Origin: an uncultured Gammaproteobacteria bacterium
Lineage (GTDB): Bacteria; Patescibacteriota; Microgenomatia; Levybacterales; UBA12049
Direction: 5' to 3'
DNA length: 64,000 nucleotides
NCBI GenBank assembly: GCA_964637955.1
Contig: CAZWXQ010000001.1
Coordinates: 292,849 to 356,848, forward strand
Positions 1-9,331 of this stretch are shown here, piece after piece; position 1 is the stretch's first letter; each line of letters opens with the position of its first letter. The position numbers were made by a program, and so were the translations under genes. Under the pieces are notes generated by a model that saw only the letters and a list, made by a program, of their open reading frames with translations, made no database searches and was not told where the DNA came from.

Positions 1-26
1 TTGTTTTTGTTTATAATAATTATTCA

Positions 27-1007
27 TTAGGACTTTCTATTTTTAAGTAATTCTATTAACTCTAAAAATTCTATTTTACTTTTTGCAAGCTTTTTGGATT
101 CATCGTAATAATTATTGATTAAGTCATTTGCAAAATCTATTGCACCACTTTCATAAAAAATATTTCTTATTTTATCCTTATTTTTAATTTTTTTACCAAA
201 TACTTTTTTCAGTTCAATTTTTTGTGTTTTTGTTCCATTTTTAAAAACATAGTTTGAAATTAAAGTATGCTTTCCCTCTTCCATGTCACCAAGTGTTTTT
301 TTCTTTCCATTAAAATCAGAAATAATATCAAGCAAGTCATCTTGGATTTGAAAAGCGAGCCCTAGATTTTTTCCAAGATTTTGTAAAAGTTTTATATTGC
401 TGTTGCTATAATTATCGCTTAACAGAAGTCCAATTTGCATAGGTTTTATAAACGTGTACCCTGATGTTTTTAAAAGTGTTTTCTTAAAAATAATATCGTT
501 TGAAACTTTTTCTTTTTTATCCAAATTTATGTCAATTGCTTGTCCAAGAAAAACTTCAGAAGTCATCTCGGAAAATAAATTATATAAATCAACTGATTGA
601 TTTCTGTCCAATTTTAATCTTGATGCAATTTCCCAAGCCCATGAATAAAGATAGTCGCCAATCAGAATTGCTTGCGAATTTCCAAACTCTTGGTTTATGG
701 TATTGATTCCGTGTCTTGTAGATGAATTATCCATAATGTCATCATGCACAAGACAAAAATTATGAAACAGCTCAATGAAAACTAGAATCTCTAAAATTGT
801 TTTTCTTTCTTTACCGCCAAATGAGCAGTAGGTCAAATATGCAATAAATGGTCTTATTCTTTTTCCATCAGAAATAAATTTATCTAAATATAGAAAAGAA
901 TCTTTTAGAAATTTGAGTTCTTTATCATTTGAGATTTCTAGAATCTTATTATTAATGAAATTTGAAACAAGCGGATCGAATTCTTTTTTAAATTCTCTTA
1001 ATTCCAT
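27..1007 (-). CDS. Polyprenyl (trans-isoprenyl) diphosphate synthase, GGPP/FPP synthase family
   Basis: GKRIRP, first Asp-rich motif LVHDDIMD..TRHG, GQAID, KT, second motif FQIQDDLLD. Confidence 0.93.
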   Translation of the reverse strand: MELREFKKEFDPLVSNFINNKILEISNDKELKFLKDSFLYLDKFISDGKRIRPFIAYLTYCSFGGKERKTILEILVFIELFHNFCLVHDDIMDNSSTRHGINTINQEFGNSQAILIGDYLYSWAWEIASRLKLDRNQSVDLYNLFSEMTSEVFLGQAIDINLDKKEKVSNDIIFKKTLLKTSGYTFIKPMQIGLLLSDNYSNSNIKLLQNLGKNLGLAFQIQDDLLDIISDFNGKKKTLGDMEEGKHTLISNYVFKNGTKTQKIELKKVFGKKIKNKDKIRNIFYESGAIDFANDLINNYYDESKKLAKSKIEFLELIELLKNRKS

Positions 1008-1753
1008 TATTTTCGTCCTCCAAAGCGTCTTTCTCTCTGAGAATAATCCACAATTGCATCTATAAAATCTTCTGATCTAGTTTCAGGAAGCATTTTATTT
1101 ATTGAATAAAATTCAGAGTTCTCAACTATCCAGCCAAGATCTGAAACTCTGTTTTCTCCAGACGTTCGAATAATAAGATCTGCTGGTGTAACAGCTCCTT
1201 CTCCATCTCTTAATTTCCTGAGTAATTCCATATCAATTTTAGTTTCCTTTGGTATTTTATGCACTTTTTGCATCATTCGAAGTTCTTGATCAGATCCAGA
1301 ATAATCAAGTGCGATACAAAATATTTTCGGACCATTATTTTTGGTTATTTCCTCTATACTTTCAATGGTATTTTTTAGAAAATTTGGAATTCTATCGCGG
1401 CGTCCAATGCAAATAAATCTCATATTTTTTTCTTCCAAATCTTTCAGCGCCTCTTTAATTCCTTTATCAAAAATTTTCATTAATGATTCAATTTCTTTTT
1501 CATCTCTTTTCCAGTTATTGGATGAAAATGCCCAAACCGTTAGAGTATTAATTGGTAAATCTTGAAATTTTTTGATAATTTTTTGAAGCACTTTAAAACC
1601 GTGACGATGACCAAAAGTGGGAACTCTTTGAAATCTCTTAGCCCATCTTCCGTTTCCATCCGGAATTATGAGAACGTGGTATGGGTATTTTTCTTCTGGA
1701 ATATTTTTAAGTTGTGGAAATTCTTCAAAAATACTTAAATTCTGCTTATTCAT
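1007..1753 (-). CDS. uppS: Undecaprenyl (cis-prenyl) diphosphate synthase
   Basis: IPDGNGRWA, AFSSNNWKR, DLIIRTSGENRVS, C-terminal RRFGG. Start placed at ATG 1753, 7 nt after TATAAT. Stop overlaps the next start (TAATG). Confidence 0.93.
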   Translation of the reverse strand: MNKQNLSIFEEFPQLKNIPEEKYPYHVLIIPDGNGRWAKRFQRVPTFGHRHGFKVLQKIIKKFQDLPINTLTVWAFSSNNWKRDEKEIESLMKIFDKGIKEALKDLEEKNMRFICIGRRDRIPNFLKNTIESIEEITKNNGPKIFCIALDYSGSDQELRMMQKVHKIPKETKIDMELLRKLRDGEGAVTPADLIIRTSGENRVSDLGWIVENSEFYSINKMLPETRSEDFIDAIVDYSQRERRFGGRK

Positions 1754-1815
1754 GAGGTTAATTATATGAAAATTGAGGCTGATAAGCAATTTTTATGATA
1801 AAATACAAAGCATAT

Positions 1816-1886
1816 CGGGGTGTAGTTTAGTGGTAGAATGCGCGGCTGGGGGCCGTGTGGTCCAAGTTCGATTCTCGGCACCCCGA
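1816..1886 (+). tRNA. tRNA-Pro (anticodon GGG), CCA not encoded
   Basis: Acceptor stem CGGGGTG/CACCCCG, D-arm TAGTTTAGTGGTAGAA, anticodon arm CGCGG-CTGGGGG-CCGTG, T-loop GTTCGATTC. Confidence 0.95.
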
Positions 1887-1900
1887 CTTATTATTTATCA

Positions 1901-2749
1901 ATGTCTATAGATCTTCAAAAAAATACAAAGCGTTATTTTAATTCAATCGAATCTAGATTGGGCTATGCTCTTCTTTTAAAAGGGCGAAAGCATTTTGGTT
2001 ACTACCCTAAAGGTAAAGAAGATATCTCCACACTTGAAGCACAAGAAAATATGGAGAATATTCTTGCCAAAAAGCTTTCTCTAAAAAGTAATTCTTATGT
2101 TTTAGATGCTGGATGCGGAGAAGGTAAAGTGGCAATTTATCTGGCTAAGAAATTTAATTTAAATATAACAGGAATTGATCTTCTAGATTGGGCTATTAAT
2201 AATGCTTGCAAAAATGCAGATAAAGAAAATATAGAAAAAGTAAATTTTAAAGTCATGGATTATACGGATTTGGATTTTGATGATAATTCATTTGACGGAC
2301 TTTACACCATGGAAACATTTGTTCATAGTCCTGATTATAAAAAAGGATTGAAAGAATTTAAGCGCGTATTAAAACCAAATGGTAAACTTGTTATGTTCGA
2401 GTATTCGATGAAGCCTCTAGATCAAATGGAAGATCGTGACAGAAAATTAGCTAAATCTATAATAGAAAATAGCGCTATGCATAGTATTCCATTTTTTACT
2501 CATGGTAGTTTTCCTAAGATTTTAAAGGACGCTGGTTTTAAAAACATTGAAGTAGTAAATTTGACTGAAAGAATAATGCCTTTAATGCATAAGTTTTATA
2601 AAGGAGGCAAAATACCTTATAAAATAATTAAGCTATTAAGATTACAAAAATACTTTGTAAATGCCGTTAGTGGAGTTGAAGGTTATGAAAGTATATATTT
2701 AAGAAAATCAGATCTGTGGAGATATAATTTAATAACAGCATCCAAGTAA
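1901..2749 (+). CDS. Class I SAM-dependent methyltransferase (sterol C24 / tocopherol methyltransferase-like)
   Basis: HFGYY, VLDAGCGEG, DNSFDG, RVLKPNGKL. Start moved to ATG 1901 because the longer ORF overlaps the tRNA. Confidence 0.85.
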   Translation: MSIDLQKNTKRYFNSIESRLGYALLLKGRKHFGYYPKGKEDISTLEAQENMENILAKKLSLKSNSYVLDAGCGEGKVAIYLAKKFNLNITGIDLLDWAINNACKNADKENIEKVNFKVMDYTDLDFDDNSFDGLYTMETFVHSPDYKKGLKEFKRVLKPNGKLVMFEYSMKPLDQMEDRDRKLAKSIIENSAMHSIPFFTHGSFPKILKDAGFKNIEVVNLTERIMPLMHKFYKGGKIPYKIIKLLRLQKYFVNAVSGVEGYESIYLRKSDLWRYNLITASK

Positions 2750-2784
2750 TTATTAATTCCTTGAAAATAGGATTAGGCATGTTT

Positions 2785-2816
2785 GTTCCAGGTTCTATTC
2801 CCGGTACCCCCGACCA
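2785..2816 (+). repeat. Degenerate copy of the tRNA-Pro 3' end (att-like), ending in CCA
   Basis: GTTCCAGGTTCTATTCCCGGTACCCCCGACCA versus tRNA GGTCCAAGTTCGATTCTCGGCACCCCGA. Confidence 0.7.
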
Positions 2817-2817
2817 A

Positions 2818-2849
2818 ATTTAAATAATCGTAATTTCGATTATTTAAAT
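2818..2849. terminator. AT-rich 13-bp perfect inverted repeat between convergent genes
   Basis: ATTTAAATAATCG-TAATTT-CGATTATTTAAAT. Confidence 0.5.
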
Positions 2850-2859
2850 AATTATTAAG

Positions 2860-3888
2860 TTAAGAAGATCTTTTCATTTTCTCGGGAATTAATCTAGAAG
2901 GAGTAACATTTTCCACCCAAATAACTCCATCATATTTATTTGGTAAATCAACTGTTTGAGAATATATTTTTACATCTTGAGGATCAAAAACTGAGCCAAC
3001 TTCAAAAACCGTTTGTGTACCAATATTCCATGATTCAAATAACGGGTTTATTTTTATTCCCCGTAAATCAGTGATAGAAAGTGGTTTTCCTGCTTCTTTA
3101 AAAAGTCTTGCATAAGAATTTTCTTGAGGTTCGGGAAGAGAAAATGTTTCAATATCGCCTGATGTTTCTGCTTTAAAATCTCCTTTTCTTGCAAGGAAGC
3201 TACCACTACCAAAAATCGTAGCAAAGTTTATGTAATTTTCCCCTAACCTTTCTTTAAGATGCGCTCCGGTTGTTTTAAAACCTGGAATATTTAGATTTGC
3301 GATATGGGTATTATGTCCCCAAAATACGAGTTTAGTCTCATCGCCCTTTTCCTCTAAAAATTTAATGCAGTTTTGAGCCATTGCTTCGTCGCGTAGATTG
3401 CTACTTTCTCTTTTTTTATCACCCACAGGTACATCACAACCAAAAAAACTAATTTGATTATCGGGATTTTCGTGATTGTATCTTTTCATCCACAAAATCA
3501 TTTCTAAAACTTCCAGGTTTCTCGTTATCCAGTAGCCAAGATTCTCCAATAGTTCTTCCGGATCTTCTTCCTGGTTATGCACGAAGTCATTTATTTTTTT
3601 TGCTGGTTCTTCCGGTACTTCCATAATTAATCCATTAAAATCTGCCTCTGTTACTAAAAAACGGAAAAGTTTATCTTTCATTTGCGAGAATTCACGGTTG
3701 CCATGAGTTGCTTCCCCTAACCCCACAATTCTTGCTCCTGACACAATTTCTTTAAAAGGATGAAGTTCAGCGGTAATCTCTTCGGGATTTGGTGAAGCTA
3801 TTGGTATTGAATTTTTGGAAAGCCAATTAACTGCTTCGTTTATTTCTGAAGTATTCTCCCGGCTGTCTGTAATTGTGGTTTCATCCAT
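2860..3888 (-). CDS. Erythromycin esterase (Ere) family protein
   Basis: ARIVGLGEATHG.REF, RDEAMAQN, VFWGHNTHIA, YDGVIWV. Confidence 0.85.
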   Translation of the reverse strand: MDETTITDSRENTSEINEAVNWLSKNSIPIASPNPEEITAELHPFKEIVSGARIVGLGEATHGNREFSQMKDKLFRFLVTEADFNGLIMEVPEEPAKKINDFVHNQEEDPEELLENLGYWITRNLEVLEMILWMKRYNHENPDNQISFFGCDVPVGDKKRESSNLRDEAMAQNCIKFLEEKGDETKLVFWGHNTHIANLNIPGFKTTGAHLKERLGENYINFATIFGSGSFLARKGDFKAETSGDIETFSLPEPQENSYARLFKEAGKPLSITDLRGIKINPLFESWNIGTQTVFEVGSVFDPQDVKIYSQTVDLPNKYDGVIWVENVTPSRLIPEKMKRSS

Positions 3889-3953
3889 ATAATATTAATA
3901 ATATCAAAATCGGTTCTTGTATTTTTCGTAAATAAGTTTTATTATATTTCGGA

Positions 3954-5045
3954 ATGGCCAAGTCAACAAAAACCTCAGTACCCTCAGGTGAGCAAGTAGA
4001 GCAATCCGCTAAATTAGATGCAGTTCGAATGGCTATGGAGCAAATCGAAAAGCAGTATGGTCGAGGATCTATCATGCGTATGGGCGAAAGTTCTCAAAAG
4101 TTTGACATTCAAGTTATTTCAACAGGGATACTTCCTGTAGATATCGCTCTTGGAGTTGGAGGTTTACCTCGAGGCAGAATTATTGAGATTTATGGGCCCG
4201 AAGCATCAGGAAAAACTACTCTCGCTTTATCTCTTATTGCTGAAGCTCAGAAAACAGGTGGAGTGGCAGCCTTTATAGACGCTGAGCATGCGCTTGATCC
4301 TATTTGGGCTCAAACTGTAGGAGTAAAACTTGATGAACTCCTTATTTCACAACCTGATACAGGAGAGCAAGCGCTTGAGATCGCTGAGAGTTTGATTCGT
4401 TCAGGTGGAGTAGACGTTTTGGTAATTGATTCCGTTGCAGCACTTGTGCCAAGAGCTGAAATTGAAGGAGAAATGGGAGATTCTATGATGGGTCTTCATG
4501 CAAGACTTATGTCTCAGGCTCTAAGAAAACTAACCGGTGTAATTTCCAAAAGTAAAACTGTAGTTATTTTTACGAATCAGTTAAGACAAAAAATCGGAGT
4601 AATGTTTGGAAATCCTGAAACCACTACAGGAGGATTGGCTCTTAAGTTTTATGCATCAGTTAGGCTCGATTCTAGAAAAATAGAAACATTAAAAGAAGGA
4701 GATAAGGTAATTGGGTCAAGGCATAGGATAAAGATAGTTAAGAATAAAGTATCCTCGCCTTTTAGAATTGCAGAGTATGATGTTACGCAGGATGGGATTT
4801 CTAAAACTGGTGCAATTGTAGACGTGGGAGTAGAGATGGGAATAATAAGTAAATCTGGAGCATTTTACAGATATGGTGAAGAAATGCTGGGACAGGGAAA
4901 AGAAGCCACAAAAGAATACCTTAAAGAAAATGAACAGCTTGCAAATAAGATAACTGAAGAGATAATGAAAAAGAATAAATCAGGCGGAACTCCAGTTGAA
5001 GTTGGAGTAGAGGAAGACGAGGACGAAGAAGAAATAGATCAATAA
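3954..5045 (+). CDS. recA: Recombinase RecA
   Basis: [59 protein letters not shown]. Confidence 0.99.
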   Translation: MAKSTKTSVPSGEQVEQSAKLDAVRMAMEQIEKQYGRGSIMRMGESSQKFDIQVISTGILPVDIALGVGGLPRGRIIEIYGPEASGKTTLALSLIAEAQKTGGVAAFIDAEHALDPIWAQTVGVKLDELLISQPDTGEQALEIAESLIRSGGVDVLVIDSVAALVPRAEIEGEMGDSMMGLHARLMSQALRKLTGVISKSKTVVIFTNQLRQKIGVMFGNPETTTGGLALKFYASVRLDSRKIETLKEGDKVIGSRHRIKIVKNKVSSPFRIAEYDVTQDGISKTGAIVDVGVEMGIISKSGAFYRYGEEMLGQGKEATKEYLKENEQLANKITEEIMKKNKSGGTPVEVGVEEDEDEEEIDQ

Positions 5046-5104
5046 TCCCCATGGCTCCGTTAGTGCCCAGTATTAAATATTTAGTCAAATGTTAAAATGT
5101 ATCT

Positions 5105-5614
5105 ATGGTAGATTTGTCGCAATCTGATTCAAGCGGGATGCAAGCAAAAGCATCGGAAATATTCGAAAGATATTATAATCTAAGTCTGCGTTATTTGTCT
5201 TACAGGCCAAGAAGTGAAAAGGAAGTTTTCGATTATCTCCGAGAAAAACAAAAAAAATCCCCATCACTTAGTGATGAAATAATAAATCAAATAATCGAAA
5301 AACTTAAAGATTATAAATTTATTGATGATGTAAAATTTACACAACTTTGGATTGAACAGAGGACAAGATATAAAAATCAACCAACCAGAGCTATTGAATA
5401 TGAGTTAAAGCAAAAAGGTGTCAGTCAAAGTTTGATAAAAGAAAGTCTTGGAGAGGGTAGAAAAGAAACAGATTTGGAGAGTGCAAAAAAACTTGCCGTA
5501 AAGAAAATGGATTTTTATAGAGGTTTGGATCCCGATAAAAGACGAGAGAAAGTTATGAATTATTTACTTCGAAAAGGATTTAATTACGATATTGTCAGAA
5601 AAGTGGTCAATTAA
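5105..5614 (+). CDS. recX: Regulatory protein RecX
   Basis: LRYLSYRPRSEKEV, FIDDVKF, YLLRKGFNY; directly downstream of recA. Confidence 0.92.
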   Translation: MVDLSQSDSSGMQAKASEIFERYYNLSLRYLSYRPRSEKEVFDYLREKQKKSPSLSDEIINQIIEKLKDYKFIDDVKFTQLWIEQRTRYKNQPTRAIEYELKQKGVSQSLIKESLGEGRKETDLESAKKLAVKKMDFYRGLDPDKRREKVMNYLLRKGFNYDIVRKVVN

Positions 5615-5628
5615 GATATACTTTACTC

Positions 5629-7761
5629 ATGTCAGATATTCCTAGACCGGAGCCAATAACTCCATTATATGTAGAGCAAGGGCCCAGCCCGATTATACTA
5701 ACTGATTCCCAGAAGCAAGCTGTCAGAGACATAACTCTTGGGATAGCTCAAGTAGATGAAAGAGTAAGGATAGCAGCACAAGAAGATGTTATAGCAACTC
5801 TTCAGAACGGAAATCCTCTCAATAGACTTTTTCAAGATGAAAACGGAAAAGTAAAAGGGTATATGGCGTGTCAGGATTTTGGTGAAGGACAGGCATATCT
5901 TAAGTATTTTGGTACGCTGACAGGATCTACAGACAGAAATCTTTTACGTAAAATCTCAGCTTTTTTAGATTTTGCCAGAGAAAGTGGTTATAAAAGATTA
6001 AGTTTTCATGGCTGGAATGATCGGCTTAATCAAGTTATGGTGAGGCGATTTGGATTTAATCGTATTCGGAGAGATACATATGGTGACTTGGGTGCTGATT
6101 TTTTTGAAGTAGATTTAACTAATAATACTCCCTCCGAACCCGGAGCCAAAACTAGTCGGCCAGAAATAACAGAAGAAATAAAAGAGGCTTTTAAAAAGAA
6201 GCAATTAGCGAGACTTTCAGAAGAATATCAGGCAACTGTAGATAAATTTCCAAAAGACGAGAGAGTCGATAGAGAAAGTTTTCTATCCCAGGCCTATTCC
6301 ACTTTAAGTACTCGTTTATCTACGCAGGAAGGTTTTACTTTTGGCGAACTTCAACAAGCGATACTTAGATTAAAGTTGGCAAGACATTTTCAGCAGAATG
6401 ATACTTTAGATCTCAACAGTCTATTTGATGCAATAATAGAATCTCCTGGCTTTATGAAATCCGATAGGGGTTCGCTCCACCGCCTTTTGGAAGTACATGA
6501 AATTAAAACTCTAGAAAAAATCGCAGAAATACGAAAAAGAAGAGCAGAGATAAAAGGAGATGAGGTAAATCCATTTGAAGCACTCTTAACTGCAAAATCT
6601 GAAAAATATTATCTGGCTAGACTTCTCAATATGCCTCATTTAGAAAAAGAGTCAGAGTACATGGCAAATTGCGTGGGAACTAGTGATTCATATGCTAATC
6701 GGATAAAAAATGGAGATATTGAAATACTTTCTTTTCGTCGTGTTCCGCAGTTTAATCCAAGAACAGGTAGATGGGAGGGAGACGAGCCTGTAATTACTAT
6801 TGAATATGATCTTAGAGCTGGGAAAATAGAACAAATAAAAAAGAAAGGAGATGAATATCTTTCTCCAGAAGATTCTTTTGTAGAAGATTTATTTGATGTA
6901 CTAAAAAGACTAAAAGATACACACACTGACAACGGAAAACCTAGAATCGTACGAAATATAAATGAGAGTGAGCTTACGAACTTTGACGTAAAAGATGGAT
7001 ATCTTCTTACCGACAGGGGAGAGGTGCATTTTAGAGATGTTGATCCAGAAGATGCTCCATTTGTTCTAAAGTTTGGAAGAATTGACATAGATTCTGATTT
7101 TTCTAGACAAGACAGCGCTAATTTGATTCGAATTTCTGAGGGAATCGTTTTTTCTCCTGACGAAATAGCTAGGTATCCTAGTGAAATAAATGAATATACT
7201 AAAGCATATGTTGGAAAACTAGATGGAATCTTTGACAAAATACGAAAATTCAACATAGAACACGTTTATACCTCTTTTCCTGAAGGAAGAATAAGATTTG
7301 ATACAGTAACGATTGGCGGAAAATCTAATGAGGAGCTGCAAAGAGAAATGAAAGACTCTGGAATAAATATTTCAGAATATGTAGCTTCAATGATGAAAAA
7401 TCCTGATTTTACTACACTTTCTGAACCTCGAGAAACTAATCTTGTAAGATTAAAAGTCGGTGAATTAGGCTTGCCTGATGACTATCCCACAACAGAGCAG
7501 ATATTTAAAAGAGCAGAAGAACTTGGCTTAGAACTTTGCCCCCCGGATCTTGGGCCTAATTACAGACTTGCCTATAAAGATCAACCGATGAATGGGTTTT
7601 CTATTGGAATGAAGCCAATCACCGACTCGGGCGGCGTTCCCTGGGTCTTCCATTTGGAGCACACTGCTGATGGGTTGTGGTTGCTCTGCAACTTCGCCGA
7701 TCCTGGCAACAGGTGGAATCCGAGGAGTGGGTTTGTTTTCAGTCTACCTAAATCGAGTTGA
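5629..7761 (+). CDS. Multidomain protein: N-terminal GNAT-like fold, central PcfJ-like domain, C-terminal putative DGR-variable domain
   Basis: GKVKGYMAC...ARESGYKRL...RRFGF (GNAT-like); ESEYMANCVG..Y..RI..G..EILSFR (PcfJ-like); C-terminus DSGGVPWVFHL..DGLWL...PGNRW...FVF with A-depleted codons. Confidence 0.65.
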   Translation: MSDIPRPEPITPLYVEQGPSPIILTDSQKQAVRDITLGIAQVDERVRIAAQEDVIATLQNGNPLNRLFQDENGKVKGYMACQDFGEGQAYLKYFGTLTGSTDRNLLRKISAFLDFARESGYKRLSFHGWNDRLNQVMVRRFGFNRIRRDTYGDLGADFFEVDLTNNTPSEPGAKTSRPEITEEIKEAFKKKQLARLSEEYQATVDKFPKDERVDRESFLSQAYSTLSTRLSTQEGFTFGELQQAILRLKLARHFQQNDTLDLNSLFDAIIESPGFMKSDRGSLHRLLEVHEIKTLEKIAEIRKRRAEIKGDEVNPFEALLTAKSEKYYLARLLNMPHLEKESEYMANCVGTSDSYANRIKNGDIEILSFRRVPQFNPRTGRWEGDEPVITIEYDLRAGKIEQIKKKGDEYLSPEDSFVEDLFDVLKRLKDTHTDNGKPRIVRNINESELTNFDVKDGYLLTDRGEVHFRDVDPEDAPFVLKFGRIDIDSDFSRQDSANLIRISEGIVFSPDEIARYPSEINEYTKAYVGKLDGIFDKIRKFNIEHVYTSFPEGRIRFDTVTIGGKSNEELQREMKDSGINISEYVASMMKNPDFTTLSEPRETNLVRLKVGELGLPDDYPTTEQIFKRAEELGLELCPPDLGPNYRLAYKDQPMNGFSIGMKPITDSGGVPWVFHLEHTADGLWLLCNFADPGNRWNPRSGFVFSLPKSS
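7621..7745 (+). other. Putative DGR variable repeat (VR) at the gene 3' end
   Basis: 7621-7740: 17/120 A (14%) and 69/120 G+C (57%) in an otherwise A-rich, low-GC gene; many NNC/NNT codons between fixed residues. Confidence 0.65.
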
Positions 7762-7792
7762 GTTTTTAAGCCAATAGTATTATAATTATGCT

Positions 7793-7884
7793 AGACAATT
7801 GAAGTTGTCAGTGAAGGTTATGAAATTAAATTTATACCTCAGCTTGATTAGAGAATAAGTCTCCCCGCATTGCGAGGCTTCTTT
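7793..7884 (+). ncRNA. Candidate structured RNA or leader upstream of rny
   Basis: TATAAT at 7781; AGAC...GTCT closing stem; TGA(A)GG-TTATGAA/TTTATA-CCTCA stem; CCCCGCA-T-TGCGAGG hairpin plus T-run. Confidence 0.4.
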
Positions 7885-7897
7885 TGTTTTATAAATT

Positions 7898-9157
7898 ATG
7901 GCATCTGATTCAGATTTAATATCATTAGAAAAAAAACTTATCGAAAGACAGGAAAAGTTAGAGCACGATCGTGAAGATTTGGAAAGCGATAAGAAAAAAC
8001 TTACAGCAAAACTGGATGAATATTCAGAAAAACTTCAAAAAGTTTCAGGTCTTACTGCTGACGAAGCAAAATCAGAACTACTTAGAGTAGTTGAAGAAAG
8101 AGAAGCGCAAACCCTTGCTAAGATAATCCGCGAGCGAGAAGAAGAGGCAAAAAGAACTGCAGACAAGAGATCTCAAGAAATCGTAGTGGAGGCTATGAGG
8201 CATGGTGCAGTTAGCTACATTCCTGAATACACAGTTTCAATTGTAAGAATTCCAGACGAGGAAATAAAGGGAAGAATAATTGGAAAAGAAGGCAGAAACA
8301 TCAGAGCATTTGAGCAGGCAACAGGAGTCGATGTGGACCTAGATGAAGAAGGAATCATAAGGTTATCATCATTTGATCAGGTAAGGCGTGAAATTGCGCG
8401 TCGTTCGCTTGAGAAGCTAATTACAGATACTAGAGTTCAGCCATTCAGAATAGAAGAGATAGTTGAAGAGACAAAAAAAGAAGTAGAGCGAATAATGTTC
8501 CAAGAAGGAGAAAAGCTGGCTCATGAAGCAGGCGTTTTCAATCTTCCTGCAGAACTTATTGGAATTCTAGGTCGATCAAAATTCAGAACTTCATATGGTC
8601 AGAATTTGACTCTTCATTTGCTTGAGACCTCTAAGATTGGTATTCATTTAGCTGAGGAAGTGGGAGCTGATGTAAATGTGGTTAGAATTGCAGCGCTTGT
8701 TCATGACATTGGAAAAGTAGTTCCAGGAGATGGAAGTCACGTAAAGCTCGGAGTGGATCTTCTTAAAAAATATAATATACCTCAACCAATTATTGACTGC
8801 GTAGCTCAGCATCATGAAGATCTTCCATTTACTTCAGTTGAATCAGTTATCGTACACGTTGCTGATGCTATTTCTGCTGCGCGTCCTGGAGCAAGGTATG
8901 AAGATGTAGAAGAGTATGGCGTAAGGCTAAGTGAAATGGAAGACATTGCGAAGAAGTATGATGGCGTAGAAGACGCATATGCATTTGAAGCAGGACGTGA
9001 GCTTCGCGTGATTATTGATCCAGGTAAACTTGATGATAATGCTACTACATTACTTGCAGATAAAATCCGAGAAGAGGTAAGCAAATCTCTTGCAATTCCA
9101 GGTGAAGTAAAAGTAACCGCAATCCGTGAATTCCGCGCAGTCTCAGGAAACGAGTAA
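7898..9157 (+). CDS. rny: Ribonuclease Y (no N-terminal membrane anchor visible)
   Basis: Coiled coil, KH motif KGRIIGKEGRNIR, RTSYGQN, HD motif VHDIGK, ADAISAARPGAR, AGRELRV. Confidence 0.96.
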   Translation: MASDSDLISLEKKLIERQEKLEHDREDLESDKKKLTAKLDEYSEKLQKVSGLTADEAKSELLRVVEEREAQTLAKIIREREEEAKRTADKRSQEIVVEAMRHGAVSYIPEYTVSIVRIPDEEIKGRIIGKEGRNIRAFEQATGVDVDLDEEGIIRLSSFDQVRREIARRSLEKLITDTRVQPFRIEEIVEETKKEVERIMFQEGEKLAHEAGVFNLPAELIGILGRSKFRTSYGQNLTLHLLETSKIGIHLAEEVGADVNVVRIAALVHDIGKVVPGDGSHVKLGVDLLKKYNIPQPIIDCVAQHHEDLPFTSVESVIVHVADAISAARPGARYEDVEEYGVRLSEMEDIAKKYDGVEDAYAFEAGRELRVIIDPGKLDDNATTLLADKIREEVSKSLAIPGEVKVTAIREFRAVSGNE

Positions 9158-9211
9158 ACTTCATTTCTTGTCTCGTTTGTAGGAATATAGACAATTGAAC
9201 ACTTTCAATCT

Positions 9212-9331
9212 ACTTGCCCCGCTCAATACTTTAGCGGGATTGCAGATTTATTATAAATGAACATATTTTTTGGACTTGCCCCGCTCAAATTTAGCGGGAC
9301 TTCGTACTATCGAACAAATTAGTGGGACTTG
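9212..9331. repeat. Two full and one degenerate REP-like hairpin units
   Basis: ACTTGCCCCGCT-N-AGCGGGA at 9212-9240 and 9274-9300; third unit ends TTAGTGGGACTTG. Confidence 0.75.

Noticed and set aside
1838-1900. N-terminal extension of the methyltransferase ORF (MRGWGPCG...)
   Set aside because: It overlaps the tRNA-Pro gene; ATG 1901 is the plausible start.
6636-7256. 206-aa antisense ORF and other shadow ORFs (e.g. 17733-18257, 18462-18812, 20446-20790, 51076-51405)
   Set aside because: They lie antisense or out of frame within well-supported genes, are Ser/Phe/Ile-rich mirror translations and have no motifs.
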